A stretch of 19,309 bases of DNA from a virus: IMG/VR virus record IMGVR_UViG_3300029725_000137, positions 1 to 19,309 of that record; one strand, 5' to 3'. Numbering within the stretch: position 1 is the first letter of the stretch; every line of letters starts with the position of its first letter. Shown here piece after piece: positions 1-8,542 of this stretch. The position numbers were made by a program, and so were the translations under genes. A model generated the notes under the pieces. The model was given only the letters and a program-made list of their open reading frames with translations. It was not told where the DNA came from and made no database searches.

Positions 1-2058
1 TCAGGGTAACTGGTTGATTTCCACGACAGCGGTCTGGGCATAGTGGTGGCCGACAAAAACCCACACTTGCCGGGGTTGCCCGGTCGTGTTGGGGGCAAGC
101 GTCAGGGTGATTTGGCCGCCGCCGGCTGGTATCTGCTCCGCGGATTGGCTGCACCATACGGCGGCGGGGTCATGCCCGCACATGGTATCGTTCAGCACAT
201 AGATAGCTTCGGAGAGGACGGAAGACGCCGTCAATGTCACGTCGCCGCCAGAGGCCGGCACTTCATGCGCAGAAGCCGTTACTTCCGGAACCGGTTTAGG
301 AGTCACACCCTCCATTACCGTGTCCTTCATGAGGACCCAGGAGTTGGTTATGCCCAGTGAGGGTGCATTGTCTATCCTTATCCCTCCCATACGGAGGCCC
401 GCCTGATAAGTCCCGCTGACTTCGTGTGCCTTGAATTTGGTTGTAAGGCATGCTGTGTTGCCGGCGCCCCAAAAGGAGGAAGCCATATCCATTACATATT
501 GCTTGTCCACAAACAAGGCCCAGCGATTGTAAATCTCCTGGTCATCGGGGTTGGGTGGCGTCATGGCCGCGGAGACGTAGGTAAAAGCCGGAGCCAATGC
601 CCAAACATAATGGGAATCTACCTTGAGGGGTCCGTAAAACGTCCCCCTTATCAAGGCCGACTTATTGCTTCCCAGATACCCCATAGGGTAGGTAGTGATC
701 TGATACGCCGGCACATTGTCGCCCCCTCTCGCTCCATTGACTGTATTGTTTTGCGGATACCTGTAATTTGCATTATCCCAGGCATAATCCACCCAGTGCA
801 CAGGATGTGAATAGCAGGACGCCAGCGGATCGGTAGTCGTAGCGTACCCCTGGGCAGTGCTGCCCAAGAGAACCGACACCTTGTCGGAGCCAAGTATCCG
901 CCAGACGCAAGCGGCAGCATATTCGTTATTTCTATTGTTGCCCATGTAATTGGCAAATTTCCATGATCCCGTGGATTTGCCGATAACAGAAACACCCCCT
1001 GCCGCCGTCATGGTTAATACCATATCGCACAAGTCGTTATTAAATACTCCCTTCTTTAGAGAGGCGTTAGCGGTAGCAATTGTGTAGCTTGTGTTCAACG
1101 ACTGGGCTTCCACCAAGGCGGTCACCCATGACGGAATGACGGATTCCAGAAAATAGTTGGCGCGGCTCCATTGGCCGGCAGCCGTCATGGTTATCATTCC
1201 CTCATAGGAAATGGCATTCTGCCCTGTGGCGGGCAGCGGCACACGGACTCCTTCGATTGCGGTGATCGTGGCGTCGTAGGTCTGCGGCTGCGTCCAGTTA
1301 TAAGACCCGTCCGGATTAACATCCCCGGTATCTCCTTTCTCGCCACGGGGCCCTTGGGGACCCTCCGGCCCCTCGGGTCCTTGCGGGCCGGCAGGACCCT
1401 GCGGTCCGGTTTCTCCAATGTCGCCTTTTGGTCCCTGCTCTCCGGTAGCTCCCTGAGGACCTTGAGGCCCTGCGTCACCCCTGGGACCCTGAGGGCCTTC
1501 GGGGCCGGTTTCGCCCGGTTCCCCCTGCGGGCCTGGTGGGCCTTCGGGACCGGCGTCTCCTTTGGGGATGGTAAACGACAACAGATAAGAGCCCGCTTCC
1601 GAGCCTTTCACGGCTTCCGCTGCGGCAGGAGTGCCAGGCTCGCCGGTAGTGACCCGGTCCACCGAAAGATTGAAATTCTCGGCGTACTTCTTGGCCTGCT
1701 CCGCGTACCAGGCGGCGCTTGACGCATTATCAAGCACGACTTGCACGCATCCGCTTTCTTCCGGCAGCTGCACGACGACCGCACCCGCTACCGCCTGCTG
1801 CTCGTCCGGCAAGTCCGGCGTCACCCGGCCCGAAGAAACAAAGCATCCGTAGAGAAGCGGGCTTTCCTCGTTGCCGTCATCCATGAAGACATCGTAGGAC
1901 CACATGCCCGCGGGCACCGAGGCCCACGAAATCACGCCGTTGCCCTCGTCGTCACGGGAAAAGCCGAACTCGGCAATACCCGTCTTGAGGCGAACGGCTC
2001 CGCGCAGGGTGACGCCGCCCATATCGACGGGATCTCCCTGGAAATCCACCACGCGCAC
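1..2058 (-). CDS. Collagen-like tail fibre / receptor-binding protein with a C-terminal BACON/Ig-like beta-sandwich
   Basis: 685-aa ORF with GTG at 2058..2056 and TGA at 3..1. It has a long uninterrupted G-X-Y run ([37 protein letters not shown]...GEKGDTG). The last ~90 aa (..[57 protein letters not shown]) resemble a BACON-type domain. The frame stays open upstream and has an in-frame AGG at 2118..2116, a possible alternative start. Confidence 0.8.
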   Translation of the reverse strand: MRVVDFQGDPVDMGGVTLRGAVRLKTGIAEFGFSRDDEGNGVISWASVPAGMWSYDVFMDDGNEESPLLYGCFVSSGRVTPDLPDEQQAVAGAVVVQLPEESGCVQVVLDNASSAAWYAEQAKKYAENFNLSVDRVTTGEPGTPAAAEAVKGSEAGSYLLSFTIPKGDAGPEGPPGPQGEPGETGPEGPQGPRGDAGPQGPQGATGEQGPKGDIGETGPQGPAGPQGPEGPEGPQGPRGEKGDTGDVNPDGSYNWTQPQTYDATITAIEGVRVPLPATGQNAISYEGMITMTAAGQWSRANYFLESVIPSWVTALVEAQSLNTSYTIATANASLKKGVFNNDLCDMVLTMTAAGGVSVIGKSTGSWKFANYMGNNRNNEYAAACVWRILGSDKVSVLLGSTAQGYATTTDPLASCYSHPVHWVDYAWDNANYRYPQNNTVNGARGGDNVPAYQITTYPMGYLGSNKSALIRGTFYGPLKVDSHYVWALAPAFTYVSAAMTPPNPDDQEIYNRWALFVDKQYVMDMASSFWGAGNTACLTTKFKAHEVSGTYQAGLRMGGIRIDNAPSLGITNSWVLMKDTVMEGVTPKPVPEVTASAHEVPASGGDVTLTASSVLSEAIYVLNDTMCGHDPAAVWCSQSAEQIPAGGGQITLTLAPNTTGQPRQVWVFVGHHYAQTAVVEINQLP
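1324..1560 (-). repeat. Collagen-like Gly-X-Y triplet repeat region inside the fibre gene
   Basis: About 26 consecutive GXY triplets in the translated product. At the DNA level this shows as a GC-rich ggn-ccn periodicity. Confidence 0.9.
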
Positions 2059-2125
2059 GACCAGTGACTGGTTGAGTCCCGTGACGGTCCGTATATCATA
2101 TTTGCCTGCCTGTTGCCTGAAGCGG

Positions 2126-2158
2126 AAGAAAAAGGGTTGCGGGGCGCTTTTGCGCCCC
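2126..2158 (-). terminator. Candidate intrinsic terminator after the 2172..2783 gene
   Basis: Perfect hairpin GGGGCGC-TTTT-GCGCCCC (2141-2147 / 2152-2158). On the minus strand it is followed by GCAACCC and then TTTTTCTT. The U-run is displaced 7 nt from the stem, so this is a weak or leaky terminator at best. Confidence 0.4.
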
Positions 2159-2171
2159 TTGGGTTGGTATG

Positions 2172-2783
2172 TCAGGAAGCGGGCGTCGTCGTCACATCCT
2201 GAATATTGGACGGCGTGGCCTGGTACTGACCCTTGTAATCCATCTCAAATTCAAACTGTGCGGACGCCACCGCGGTTGTGTGTTCCGGATCCTGCAGGAG
2301 ACGCAAGGCGCCATGCCCGATGTAGGTAAGGAATATCTCGCCAATATCGTTCTGATACCACAGTTGCAGGTAGCCTTCTATTTTATTGTCGCCGCCGTGC
2401 CCGATGGCGACGGCTTCCTTGCCGTTGGCCGGGGCTGCGCCCAGCGCAAAAGAGAGCTGGAAGTATTCCGGGGACATATCCGGCGTCGTGAAGGTCATGC
2501 GCTTGCCGGTAGTGGTGTTTTTGCGCTGAACACGGTAGCCTAGAGCTCCACCGTAGAAGCGCGTCACTTCTCCTTCCACCTGCGTAGCTACGGATTGGAA
2601 GGCTCCCAGCAAGCCAAAGCTCACCCAGGGAAATTCGGGGCCAGCCGTCGGATCGACGGGGGGCGCGGTAGGAGGCTCCGGGAACTGATAGGGTCCGGTA
2701 ACGTAGGAGGCGCCGCCTTCCTCGGTCACCTTGATGCCGTCAGGGAGAAAAATCGCCAGGACGCCCGTAATCTGCGGAGTCAC
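2172..2783 (-). CDS. Phage structural protein of unknown role; position suggests tail or baseplate
   Basis: 203-aa ORF with GTG at 2783 and TGA at 2174..2172. It has a Pro-rich segment ([19 protein letters not shown]) and is followed by a hairpin. An in-frame AGG at 2822..2820, five codons after the upstream gene's TAA, is an alternative start. Confidence 0.6.
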   Translation of the reverse strand: MTPQITGVLAIFLPDGIKVTEEGGASYVTGPYQFPEPPTAPPVDPTAGPEFPWVSFGLLGAFQSVATQVEGEVTRFYGGALGYRVQRKNTTTGKRMTFTTPDMSPEYFQLSFALGAAPANGKEAVAIGHGGDNKIEGYLQLWYQNDIGEIFLTYIGHGALRLLQDPEHTTAVASAQFEFEMDYKGQYQATPSNIQDVTTTPAS

Positions 2784-2837
2784 ATTGCGATTGCTGTAAG
2801 TAGGGTCGTAAGTATTAGGCCTGATGCTTGAATGGGT

Positions 2838-3032
2838 TTAATAAACGATGGTTGCCTTGCCGTCGGCCTCCAGCTTTTCAGCTAAAGCCTTCGTAACAGA
2901 TATTCTGGCTTTTGGCAAGAATATGGAGTTTCCTACCCTGGTTTTTTTCAGGATAATGACGTTGGTGTCGATGACGGCGGCCTGCTCCGTCTTCTTGTCC
3001 GGTTCTGTGTTGGAGGTATTTGCTTTGCTCAT
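2838..3032 (-). CDS. Small phage protein, 64 aa
   Basis: ATG at 3032 forms an ATGA overlap with the stop of the upstream gene. Stop is TAA at 2840..2838. Strand and packing match the late operon. Confidence 0.55.
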   Translation of the reverse strand: MSKANTSNTEPDKKTEQAAVIDTNVIILKKTRVGNSIFLPKARISVTKALAEKLEADGKATIVY

Positions 3033-3226
3033 TTGAGTTCAACCAGGTTGAGGGTTTTCAGAGCTTCCGCGACGGGCGAGGGAAGTTCCAGGGTATCGGT
3101 TTTCATGAAGAGGCTGATGACCAGCCCTCCATCCAGTTCTGTTTTCGTGCTGACGACGCGGACGGTCACCTTGTCCTGGTGATCCCCCTGGTCTTTTTGC
3201 TGTTTATTTTTTGGCGTTCTGCTCAT
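3029..3226 (-). CDS. Small phage protein, 65 aa, with a basic N-terminus
   Basis: ATG at 3226 overlaps the 3' end of the upstream gene by 23 nt. It sits in the late operon. Confidence 0.55.
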   Translation of the reverse strand: MSRTPKNKQQKDQGDHQDKVTVRVVSTKTELDGGLVISLFMKTDTLELPSPVAEALKTLNLVELK

Positions 3227-3734
3227 GGAATTCCGTTTTGGTTCGTATGTTGATATTGATCGGGACGCGGTAGTCCACGGTCAAGACGTTCATTTGCCTC
3301 TTCTCTCCGTCGATAATCCCGGAAGAGGCAAAGCGCCCCTTGATCTTGGGCTTCATCATGGCGGGCGCGGGAAACGGAAGTGGATTCCAGTTCCACAGGG
3401 CATGCTCAATCACGTCGCCCACGGCGCGCAAATAGTAGGCCGGCGTCAGGCATTCCTCCGGGAACAGGGCAGCGTTGTGATAGATGGCTACAATAATGAA
3501 ATACTGCCTCCACATGGTAGGTTCCGCCGTCTGCCCGTGTCCGTCCTGGTATTCATCCGCATCCCCGGGACACACCAGCACCACGCCGTTATTCCCCATT
3601 GCAGACATGATGATGTCATTGGCGGCATACTCCGGATCAAAGGGCGCGTCAAAGATGTGGCAGCTCAATTCCTTGCTGCTTTTGAGCCGCTCAATGATGC
3701 GGCAGCTCATGGTCTGGTCAATGGAGGGGATCAT
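3204..3734 (-). CDS. Phage head/neck completion protein, function unassigned
   Basis: I start this gene at MIPSIDQT.. (ATG 3734..3732), which forms an ATGA overlap with the stop of 3731..4396. The longer track ORF (to 3839) would overlap the upstream gene. Confidence 0.65.
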   Translation of the reverse strand: MIPSIDQTMSCRIIERLKSSKELSCHIFDAPFDPEYAANDIIMSAMGNNGVVLVCPGDADEYQDGHGQTAEPTMWRQYFIIVAIYHNAALFPEECLTPAYYLRAVGDVIEHALWNWNPLPFPAPAMMKPKIKGRFASSGIIDGEKRQMNVLTVDYRVPININIRTKTEFHEQNAKK

Positions 3735-4396
3735 GATTCGTTTCCGATTTGGGTGAGGTATGTTTCCGCGGCGCGCTGCGCCATTTGGTCCATCGTCGGC
3801 AGGATGCCAGGAGTAGGAGCAATCGTTACTTCCCGGCACAGGATATAGAGGACGTCTCCTGTTTTCGTTCCTTTGCTGAAAAGCTTGCGGGCCGCTTTCT
3901 TCCCGGTGGAGGACTGGGCTGTCTTGAGAATCAGGACACCGGTTACATTTCCATTCCGTCCTCCATTTTTGGAGGGGATGAATTGCAAGTCCTCTTTGCG
4001 GAAGCCTGCGCTGTAAATGCTTCGGGTCCCTCCATGCCCTCGTGGCGCGTTGATGGTGGGGATGGCGAGGTTCTGAATCGGCTTGCCGGTGACTTCCGAA
4101 GTGCGTCCGGTGGGCCGCAGCGGGCCGCCCAGGTAGCCCTGCGTGCCTATCCAGTGCAGGCCGATGCCGCGCCAGGCAATGGAGACGCTGACGCCTTCGG
4201 CGGTTTCTTCCATGCTGGTGGCGTCCGCCGCGGCGTCGTAGTAGTCCTTGCCCTGCTGGCGCAAGGTTTGCTGAATCATCAGACTGAGGGCAACGCCCGC
4301 CTTGCGGATGGCGGTCTTGTGCAGGGCGGCGGACGGCGCCATGTCGGCAAACGCGCGGTTAATCGCGGATTGGTCGATGTGGACGGTTACAGCCAT
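3731..4396 (-). CDS. Phage virion morphogenesis-type protein, function uncertain
   Basis: I start this gene at MAVTVHIDQSAINRAF.. (ATG 4396..4394), 10 nt overlapping the upstream TAA (4389..4387). The Arg-rich N-terminal extension in the track ORF (to 4573) looks non-coding. Confidence 0.6.
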   Translation of the reverse strand: MAVTVHIDQSAINRAFADMAPSAALHKTAIRKAGVALSLMIQQTLRQQGKDYYDAAADATSMEETAEGVSVSIAWRGIGLHWIGTQGYLGGPLRPTGRTSEVTGKPIQNLAIPTINAPRGHGGTRSIYSAGFRKEDLQFIPSKNGGRNGNVTGVLILKTAQSSTGKKAARKLFSKGTKTGDVLYILCREVTIAPTPGILPTMDQMAQRAAETYLTQIGNES

Positions 4397-5523
4397 TTGA
4401 CGGGTAAAACGTAAGGGGTTGACAGTTCCACATTGAGGGCTCCGGCGACGTCTTCCACTTTCCTGACGTGCCCGGAGGTAATGGGATAGGTGAATTCCCC
4501 CTCTTCCTTTGGGGAAACGGGGATATACTGGCGGGAGGACGCGGCGGCCACGTCTGCGGGCCGGGCGTACCAATCACCTTCCGGCTCGGAAGCCAGACGG
4601 TCCAGCAGGCGGTCGAGGTAAAGTGATGCCAGCGTTCCGGCCACGGCTCCCCCGGCTGCCGCCAGACGGAACGCCTGGGCCTGGCGCAAGGGGATCTCTT
4701 CTGGGAAATCCCCGGACAGGACTTCCGCCAGTTCCGCGTCCGTGTAAGGGCGCGTCCCGTTCGGGTCGGTGTAGGTAAAGGTGGTATTGCGGTCGTTCTC
4801 GGTTTTAACACGCACGGCGTCTTTCAGGATGCGGCGGATCTTCTTTTTATTGGCGTTCGTGATACTTATAGTATTGCTTTCCAGAGTGGCGTTGAAGCTG
4901 GCGGGAGCGAGACGGACGCGGGAAACCTCCAGTCCGGCCGCGCGGGCTTCTTCGGCTCCCACGGGGGCAATGTTCATGCCGGAAAGGTAATCGAAGGGAG
5001 GATAAGGCGTTCCGAAGCGCGAGAGGCGAATCCAGATGTCGGAGGCCGCCAGGGCGTAGCCGACGGTTTCGCCGCGGATGAAACCAGAAGAAACTGCCTC
5101 CGTGGCCTCGTTCTCCAATCCGGTTCTGGCACGGTTCCAGCGTTCAGCCCAGTAGCGCGGGTCTTCCCGGCCCTGGGAACGGTAAAATTTAAAGGCGGCG
5201 GTGTCGTCGTCCTGTGTCCAGTTATACCAGTTCCGGTAGCCGTGCGCCATGGCCGCATTGGTTTCCATGACGACCTGGATACGAAGCCAGGATGACAAAT
5301 CCTGAATGCCGCCCTGCCCCGTTGCCGGCGGTCGGTAGCCCTGCTGGCGCAGGGTTTCGCGGATGGACTGCTGCGCCTCTTCATAGCTCAGGGCGCCGGA
5401 GGCGACCTTCCCCGCCTTTTCCTCAAAGTCGGACAGGATAACGCCGGGCTCCACGCCGGACACGAAAAAGGCGCGTTCGGCGTAGTCGTTGGCGATCATC
5501 TCCATCTGGGCGGCGGTCATCAT
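4387..5523 (-). CDS. Putative minor head / head-morphogenesis protein, weakly Mu F / SPP1 gp7-like
   Basis: 378 aa, with an ATGA overlap to the upstream gene at 5520-5523. The segment ..WLRIQVVMETNAAMAHGYRNWYNW.. resembles the (A)RTE..A...G motif of the Mu F family. That family assignment is from memory and low confidence. Confidence 0.55.
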   Translation of the reverse strand: MMTAAQMEMIANDYAERAFFVSGVEPGVILSDFEEKAGKVASGALSYEEAQQSIRETLRQQGYRPPATGQGGIQDLSSWLRIQVVMETNAAMAHGYRNWYNWTQDDDTAAFKFYRSQGREDPRYWAERWNRARTGLENEATEAVSSGFIRGETVGYALAASDIWIRLSRFGTPYPPFDYLSGMNIAPVGAEEARAAGLEVSRVRLAPASFNATLESNTISITNANKKKIRRILKDAVRVKTENDRNTTFTYTDPNGTRPYTDAELAEVLSGDFPEEIPLRQAQAFRLAAAGGAVAGTLASLYLDRLLDRLASEPEGDWYARPADVAAASSRQYIPVSPKEEGEFTYPITSGHVRKVEDVAGALNVELSTPYVLPVKWL

Positions 5524-5996
5524 CGGTAGGTGCTTCTCATGGGGTTGAACCAGGGGCGCTGAGTGAAGCGCGGCATCATGTAGGCGGGGTCCGCCGGGGC
5601 GGCGCCGTCTACGCTTTCCGGCAGCATTTCGCCTCGTGCATAGCGGGCCAGCATCTCATCGGCCGATTCAGCGGCTTTCTGGCGCGTTTCGGTCAGGTTG
5701 ATCTGGTAGCGCAGGTAAAGCTGCCGGATGATCAGCGGCCACGCCAGGGAGCGCATGCTCTGCGGGATGTCGTACATGCCGCTATTCTGGAGCGATTGCC
5801 GCAGGGCGAGGTTGTTGGCCAGCGCCCCGCGGATGGCCATGCAGACATCGTTGACCGCCTCCATCATGACGTCCCGGTAGTCCAGGCTGCGCAGCTCCCC
5901 GGCTTTCACCAGGGCGTCGCGCTCCGCAGTGTTGAGGCCGAGGAGTCGGTCGGCTTCATCCGTAGTGATGGTGGACCAGGCGGGAAAGGCGGACAT
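5520..5996 (-). CDS. Head-tail connector-position protein, DUF1320 / Mu gp36-like by position and size
   Basis: 158 aa, ATG at 5996, immediately downstream of the capsid gene. In Mu/B3-like head modules this is the usual place for gp36-like proteins. Confidence 0.5.
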   Translation of the reverse strand: MSAFPAWSTITTDEADRLLGLNTAERDALVKAGELRSLDYRDVMMEAVNDVCMAIRGALANNLALRQSLQNSGMYDIPQSMRSLAWPLIIRQLYLRYQINLTETRQKAAESADEMLARYARGEMLPESVDGAAPADPAYMMPRFTQRPWFNPMRSTYR

Positions 5997-6017
5997 GATG
6001 GAGGCGGGTTGGGTGGG

Positions 6018-6941
6018 TTAAGCCGTGGCCGTCGCGTCGATGCGGACGATGGCGGACGGGTTGGTCAGCTTGGTCAGCGAGTAGACGCGGTTGGTTACCA
6101 GCGTCAAAGCGGGCGTCGGCTTGTATTCCGTGATGACTTCGCGGCGGAGCTTGCCGGACAAACCAAACGTCTTGATGGCAGAGGCGTCGAACTGCGTCGG
6201 GGAGTCTTCCTTGTACAGGACATAGACTTCGTTCTCCATGATGGTCTTGGCGTCGCCGGAAGCGTCGCGGTAGGGCATGGCTGCGATGTAAATATCCCTG
6301 ATAGGCCGAATCAGCGCATTGCGGAGCAGGTCTTCGTTGAAGAGGCCGACACTGTTGAATGACACCACCTGTCTGGCAATGGGGTTGGCTCGCAGGAGCT
6401 GCCAGGCGTTGATGCCAAAGACGATGGTGTTAGGCATGTGTCCAGTCGCCGCATTGATGGACAGGATGGCATTATCCAGATCCGTCAGCGGATTCTTCTG
6501 TTCGTTGGCCCAGTCCCCGTAACCGGCTGCGGCAGGCAACTGGCTGGTGATGAGCTTGGCACGTTCATATTCATACGAGGTCACAAACTGTGATTCGATG
6601 AGCTTGTATTCCGCCAGGGTGATAGCCTGCGCCTTTTCGCGGTTGACGCCCAGCAAGGCGTCCGGAATCGGCAAGGTTAAGCCGTACCCCTGAAGGGTGT
6701 CGGTTTCGTTCCTGCCGCGCAGGACGGTCTGGCGGGGAGGTTCGCCCGGTCCCACCTGGATCGGCTGGACCGTAAAGGCAGATTCCGTGTCCCAGACCTT
6801 GTACTGGAAATTGAGGTCGTAAACCGGGACGATCGGCGCAATGCGGCTGATAATGGAGTTCTCTTCGGTGTTTCCGGAACCCGCAGAATAAGCGGTCAGA
6901 ACATCGGTGAACTGGACGGCTGAGCAAAATGGAGTAGCCCT
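6018..6941 (-). CDS. Major capsid protein, lambda gpE-like family, with proposed AGG start
   Basis: The track ORF is 6018..6755, starting at GTG. The same frame is open back to the TAA at 6965..6963. The upstream part reads [AGG]ATPFCSAVQFTDVLTAYSAGSGNTEENSIISRIAPIVPVYDLNFQYKVWDTESAFTVQPIQ.., which looks like genuine capsid N-terminal sequence. No in-frame ATG/GTG/TTG lies in 6756-6962, and there is an in-frame AGG at 6941..6939. This start gives 307 aa versus an implausible 245 aa. The gene sits after the protease and the decoration-position gene. Confidence 0.7.
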   Translation of the reverse strand, partial: RATPFCSAVQFTDVLTAYSAGSGNTEENSIISRIAPIVPVYDLNFQYKVWDTESAFTVQPIQVGPGEPPRQTVLRGRNETDTLQGYGLTLPIPDALLGVNREKAQAITLAEYKLIESQFVTSYEYERAKLITSQLPAAAGYGDWANEQKNPLTDLDNAILSINAATGHMPNTIVFGINAWQLLRANPIARQVVSFNSVGLFNEDLLRNALIRPIRDIYIAAMPYRDASGDAKTIMENEVYVLYKEDSPTQFDASAIKTFGLSGKLRREVITEYKPTPALTLVTNRVYSLTKLTNPSAIVRIDATATA

Positions 6942-6974
6942 TGTTCTTTGTCTTTCTATTGATTAGTGTTGATG

Positions 6975-7406
6975 CTACACAGCTGCGACCTGGTAGGAGG
7001 GGACGAATCCGATTTCCACCATGCCCTGTTCCCACTGGGCGTGGATCACGCGGGCATAGACAGTTTCTCCGCTGGCGGCGGCCTTCCATGCTCCGTTGGC
7101 CGTGATGGTGAGGGGCGTTCCGGCGTTGATCGTGCCCGGCGTGTCGGAAAGAGCTGCCTTGATCAGGCCTGCATACATGCCGACGAGAGCGGCGACGCAG
7201 GTTCCCTGGTTGGGCTGCCCTTGCAGGACTACGCCGAGCAGCTGTGTCTGCGTAGGGATGGTGGACAACGGCGTCCCGATAAACTCGGGGATGTCCGGGT
7301 TGGCGGTCAGCGCCACGACGGTTCCTTCCTGTCCGCACAGGTCAACACCCTCCGGGGTGTTGAAATAGACGATGGCGCTTTTCTGGGTTACATTGAGTGA
7401 TGGCAT
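6975..7406 (-). CDS. Head decoration-position protein, DUF2190-like
   Basis: 143 aa with ATG at 7406 and TAG at 6977..6975. It lies between protease/scaffold and major capsid, the position lambda D occupies. Confidence 0.55.
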   Translation of the reverse strand: MPSLNVTQKSAIVYFNTPEGVDLCGQEGTVVALTANPDIPEFIGTPLSTIPTQTQLLGVVLQGQPNQGTCVAALVGMYAGLIKAALSDTPGTINAGTPLTITANGAWKAAASGETVYARVIHAQWEQGMVEIGFVPSYQVAAV

Positions 7407-7426
7407 TGGTTTGTATCAGGTTGGGG

Positions 7427-8542
7427 TTATCGTTCGGAGGTTACAATGTAGCCTTCTTCGGTGGCTTTCTGGAAAGCGTCGTACCGCTTCATGCCGCCCT
7501 TCATCAATTCGTCCACGCGGTTCCGGAATCCGTCGATGGATTCCTTTTTGCGGAACGGATTGGGCGGCGCCTGGGTGGCACGGCGGTTCAAGGACGTTCT
7601 TCCAACTGGATTGCGGCGGCTTTCGTCAACAACGTCATGCGGCGGCTTTGACTTCGCGGACCGATTGAGAGCCTTGACAAAGGCGCCCAGTGCGGCGGGG
7701 CTTTCCCGGAGAGAGTTTTTCAGCTCTTCCCGGCGTTCTTCCGTAAACTCCTCGCGTTCTTCCTCGTCCAGTGCGTTTTCATACGTACTGACGGCTTCGT
7801 CCACTTCGGCGTTCACGGCATTCTTCTCTCTCTTTTCCAGATCGAGAAGTTCATCCACGCGGCGGAGGATTTCCCTGGACATGTCATCGGTTCCGTCAAA
7901 TTCGACGTCCAATTTATCGAGCAGGGAATCAAACAGAGCCCGCTGGGCTCGGTCCATTTCCTTCGCCGGGTATTCTTCGGCGTTTTCTTTCATCGTTTTG
8001 TCTTGGTTGGTTTCCCCCTCTTCGGGGCTTTTGTTTTCGCCCCCGTCCTTGTCGGGGGAAGTCTGTCTATTGATGAGCGGGCGCTTGCCCTTGATGCGCG
8101 GACGGTTGGTCAACGCGAATCCCGTCAGGCGAGTGGGAGTGTAAACGCCGTCCTCCAAGGTCATGCCGTCCATATACTCCGTAGACGATTGCGTGTACTC
8201 CTTGTCGATAAGCATTTGCAGTCCGCGTGGCGTCCAGTCGATAAAACCGTACAATTCCAGGCTGCCTGACGGATCCCGGTAGGTATCCAGTTTTTTCAGC
8301 CAGCCCAGGGCCCGCGTATCGCGGCTGACGTCATGGCTGAGGTGATCGCCGTCAATCAGCATGCCGGGGCCATCGAAAGTGCGGGAATTGAATTCATCCA
8401 CCATTCTTTGAATGACCTCTTCATCAATGCGAAGGAGCGCGGGTCCTTCCCCGTAGTCAACCTCGTGATCGCCGGATTTCTCGATGTGATACCATCCGTT
8501 CTTCGGATCGCTTAAATCATTGATTTGTTTTGTACTGATCAT
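7427..8542 (-). CDS. Mu-like prophage protein I family head protease fused to an acidic scaffold-like C-terminal half
   Basis: N-terminus ..NGWYHIEKSGDHEVDYGEG..LLRIDEEVIQRMVDEFNS..GMLIDGDHLSHD.. matches the Mu gpI protease family pattern as I recall it. The C-terminal ~190 aa is highly charged and coiled-coil-like (scaffold-like). ATG at 8542 overlaps the portal 3' end by 26 nt. Confidence 0.7.
   Translation of the reverse strand: MISTKQINDLSDPKNGWYHIEKSGDHEVDYGEGPALLRIDEEVIQRMVDEFNSRTFDGPGMLIDGDHLSHDVSRDTRALGWLKKLDTYRDPSGSLELYGFIDWTPRGLQMLIDKEYTQSSTEYMDGMTLEDGVYTPTRLTGFALTNRPRIKGKRPLINRQTSPDKDGGENKSPEEGETNQDKTMKENAEEYPAKEMDRAQRALFDSLLDKLDVEFDGTDDMSREILRRVDELLDLEKREKNAVNAEVDEAVSTYENALDEEEREEFTEERREELKNSLRESPAALGAFVKALNRSAKSKPPHDVVDESRRNPVGRTSLNRRATQAPPNPFRKKESIDGFRNRVDELMKGGMKRYDAFQKATEEGYIVTSER

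Noticed and set aside
1171-1722. Long plus-strand ORFs antisense to the late operon, including 43..360, 424..810, 1171..1722, 3225..3848, 3749..4414, 5796..6362, 7461..8144, 8520..9089, 9189..9782, 10017..10517
   Set aside because: These are shadow ORFs typical of GC-rich coding DNA. They are Arg/Gly/Pro/Ser-rich and low-complexity, have no start context, and each lies fully inside a minus-strand gene with clear family features.
1-2058. A diversity-generating retroelement targeting the fibre C-terminus
   Set aside because: No reverse transcriptase gene is present, and I could spot no template/variable repeat pair in the window. The C-terminus lacks the C-type-lectin VR signature.
6756-6965. 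The capsid gene as a frameshifted pseudogene or sequencing error
   Set aside because: There is no frame break. The upstream extension is in the same frame and fully open. The identical pattern (open conserved N-terminus, no canonical start, in-frame AGG) recurs in three other essential genes, which independent errors would not explain. It cannot be fully excluded without re-sequencing.
6571-7338. Alternative-frame minus-strand ORFs 6571..7338, 9875..10687, 4359..4811, 4974..5384 and 10751..11104
   Set aside because: Their translations are Arg/Pro-rich and implausible. They overlap well-supported genes (capsid, decoration-position protein, terL and others) out of frame.
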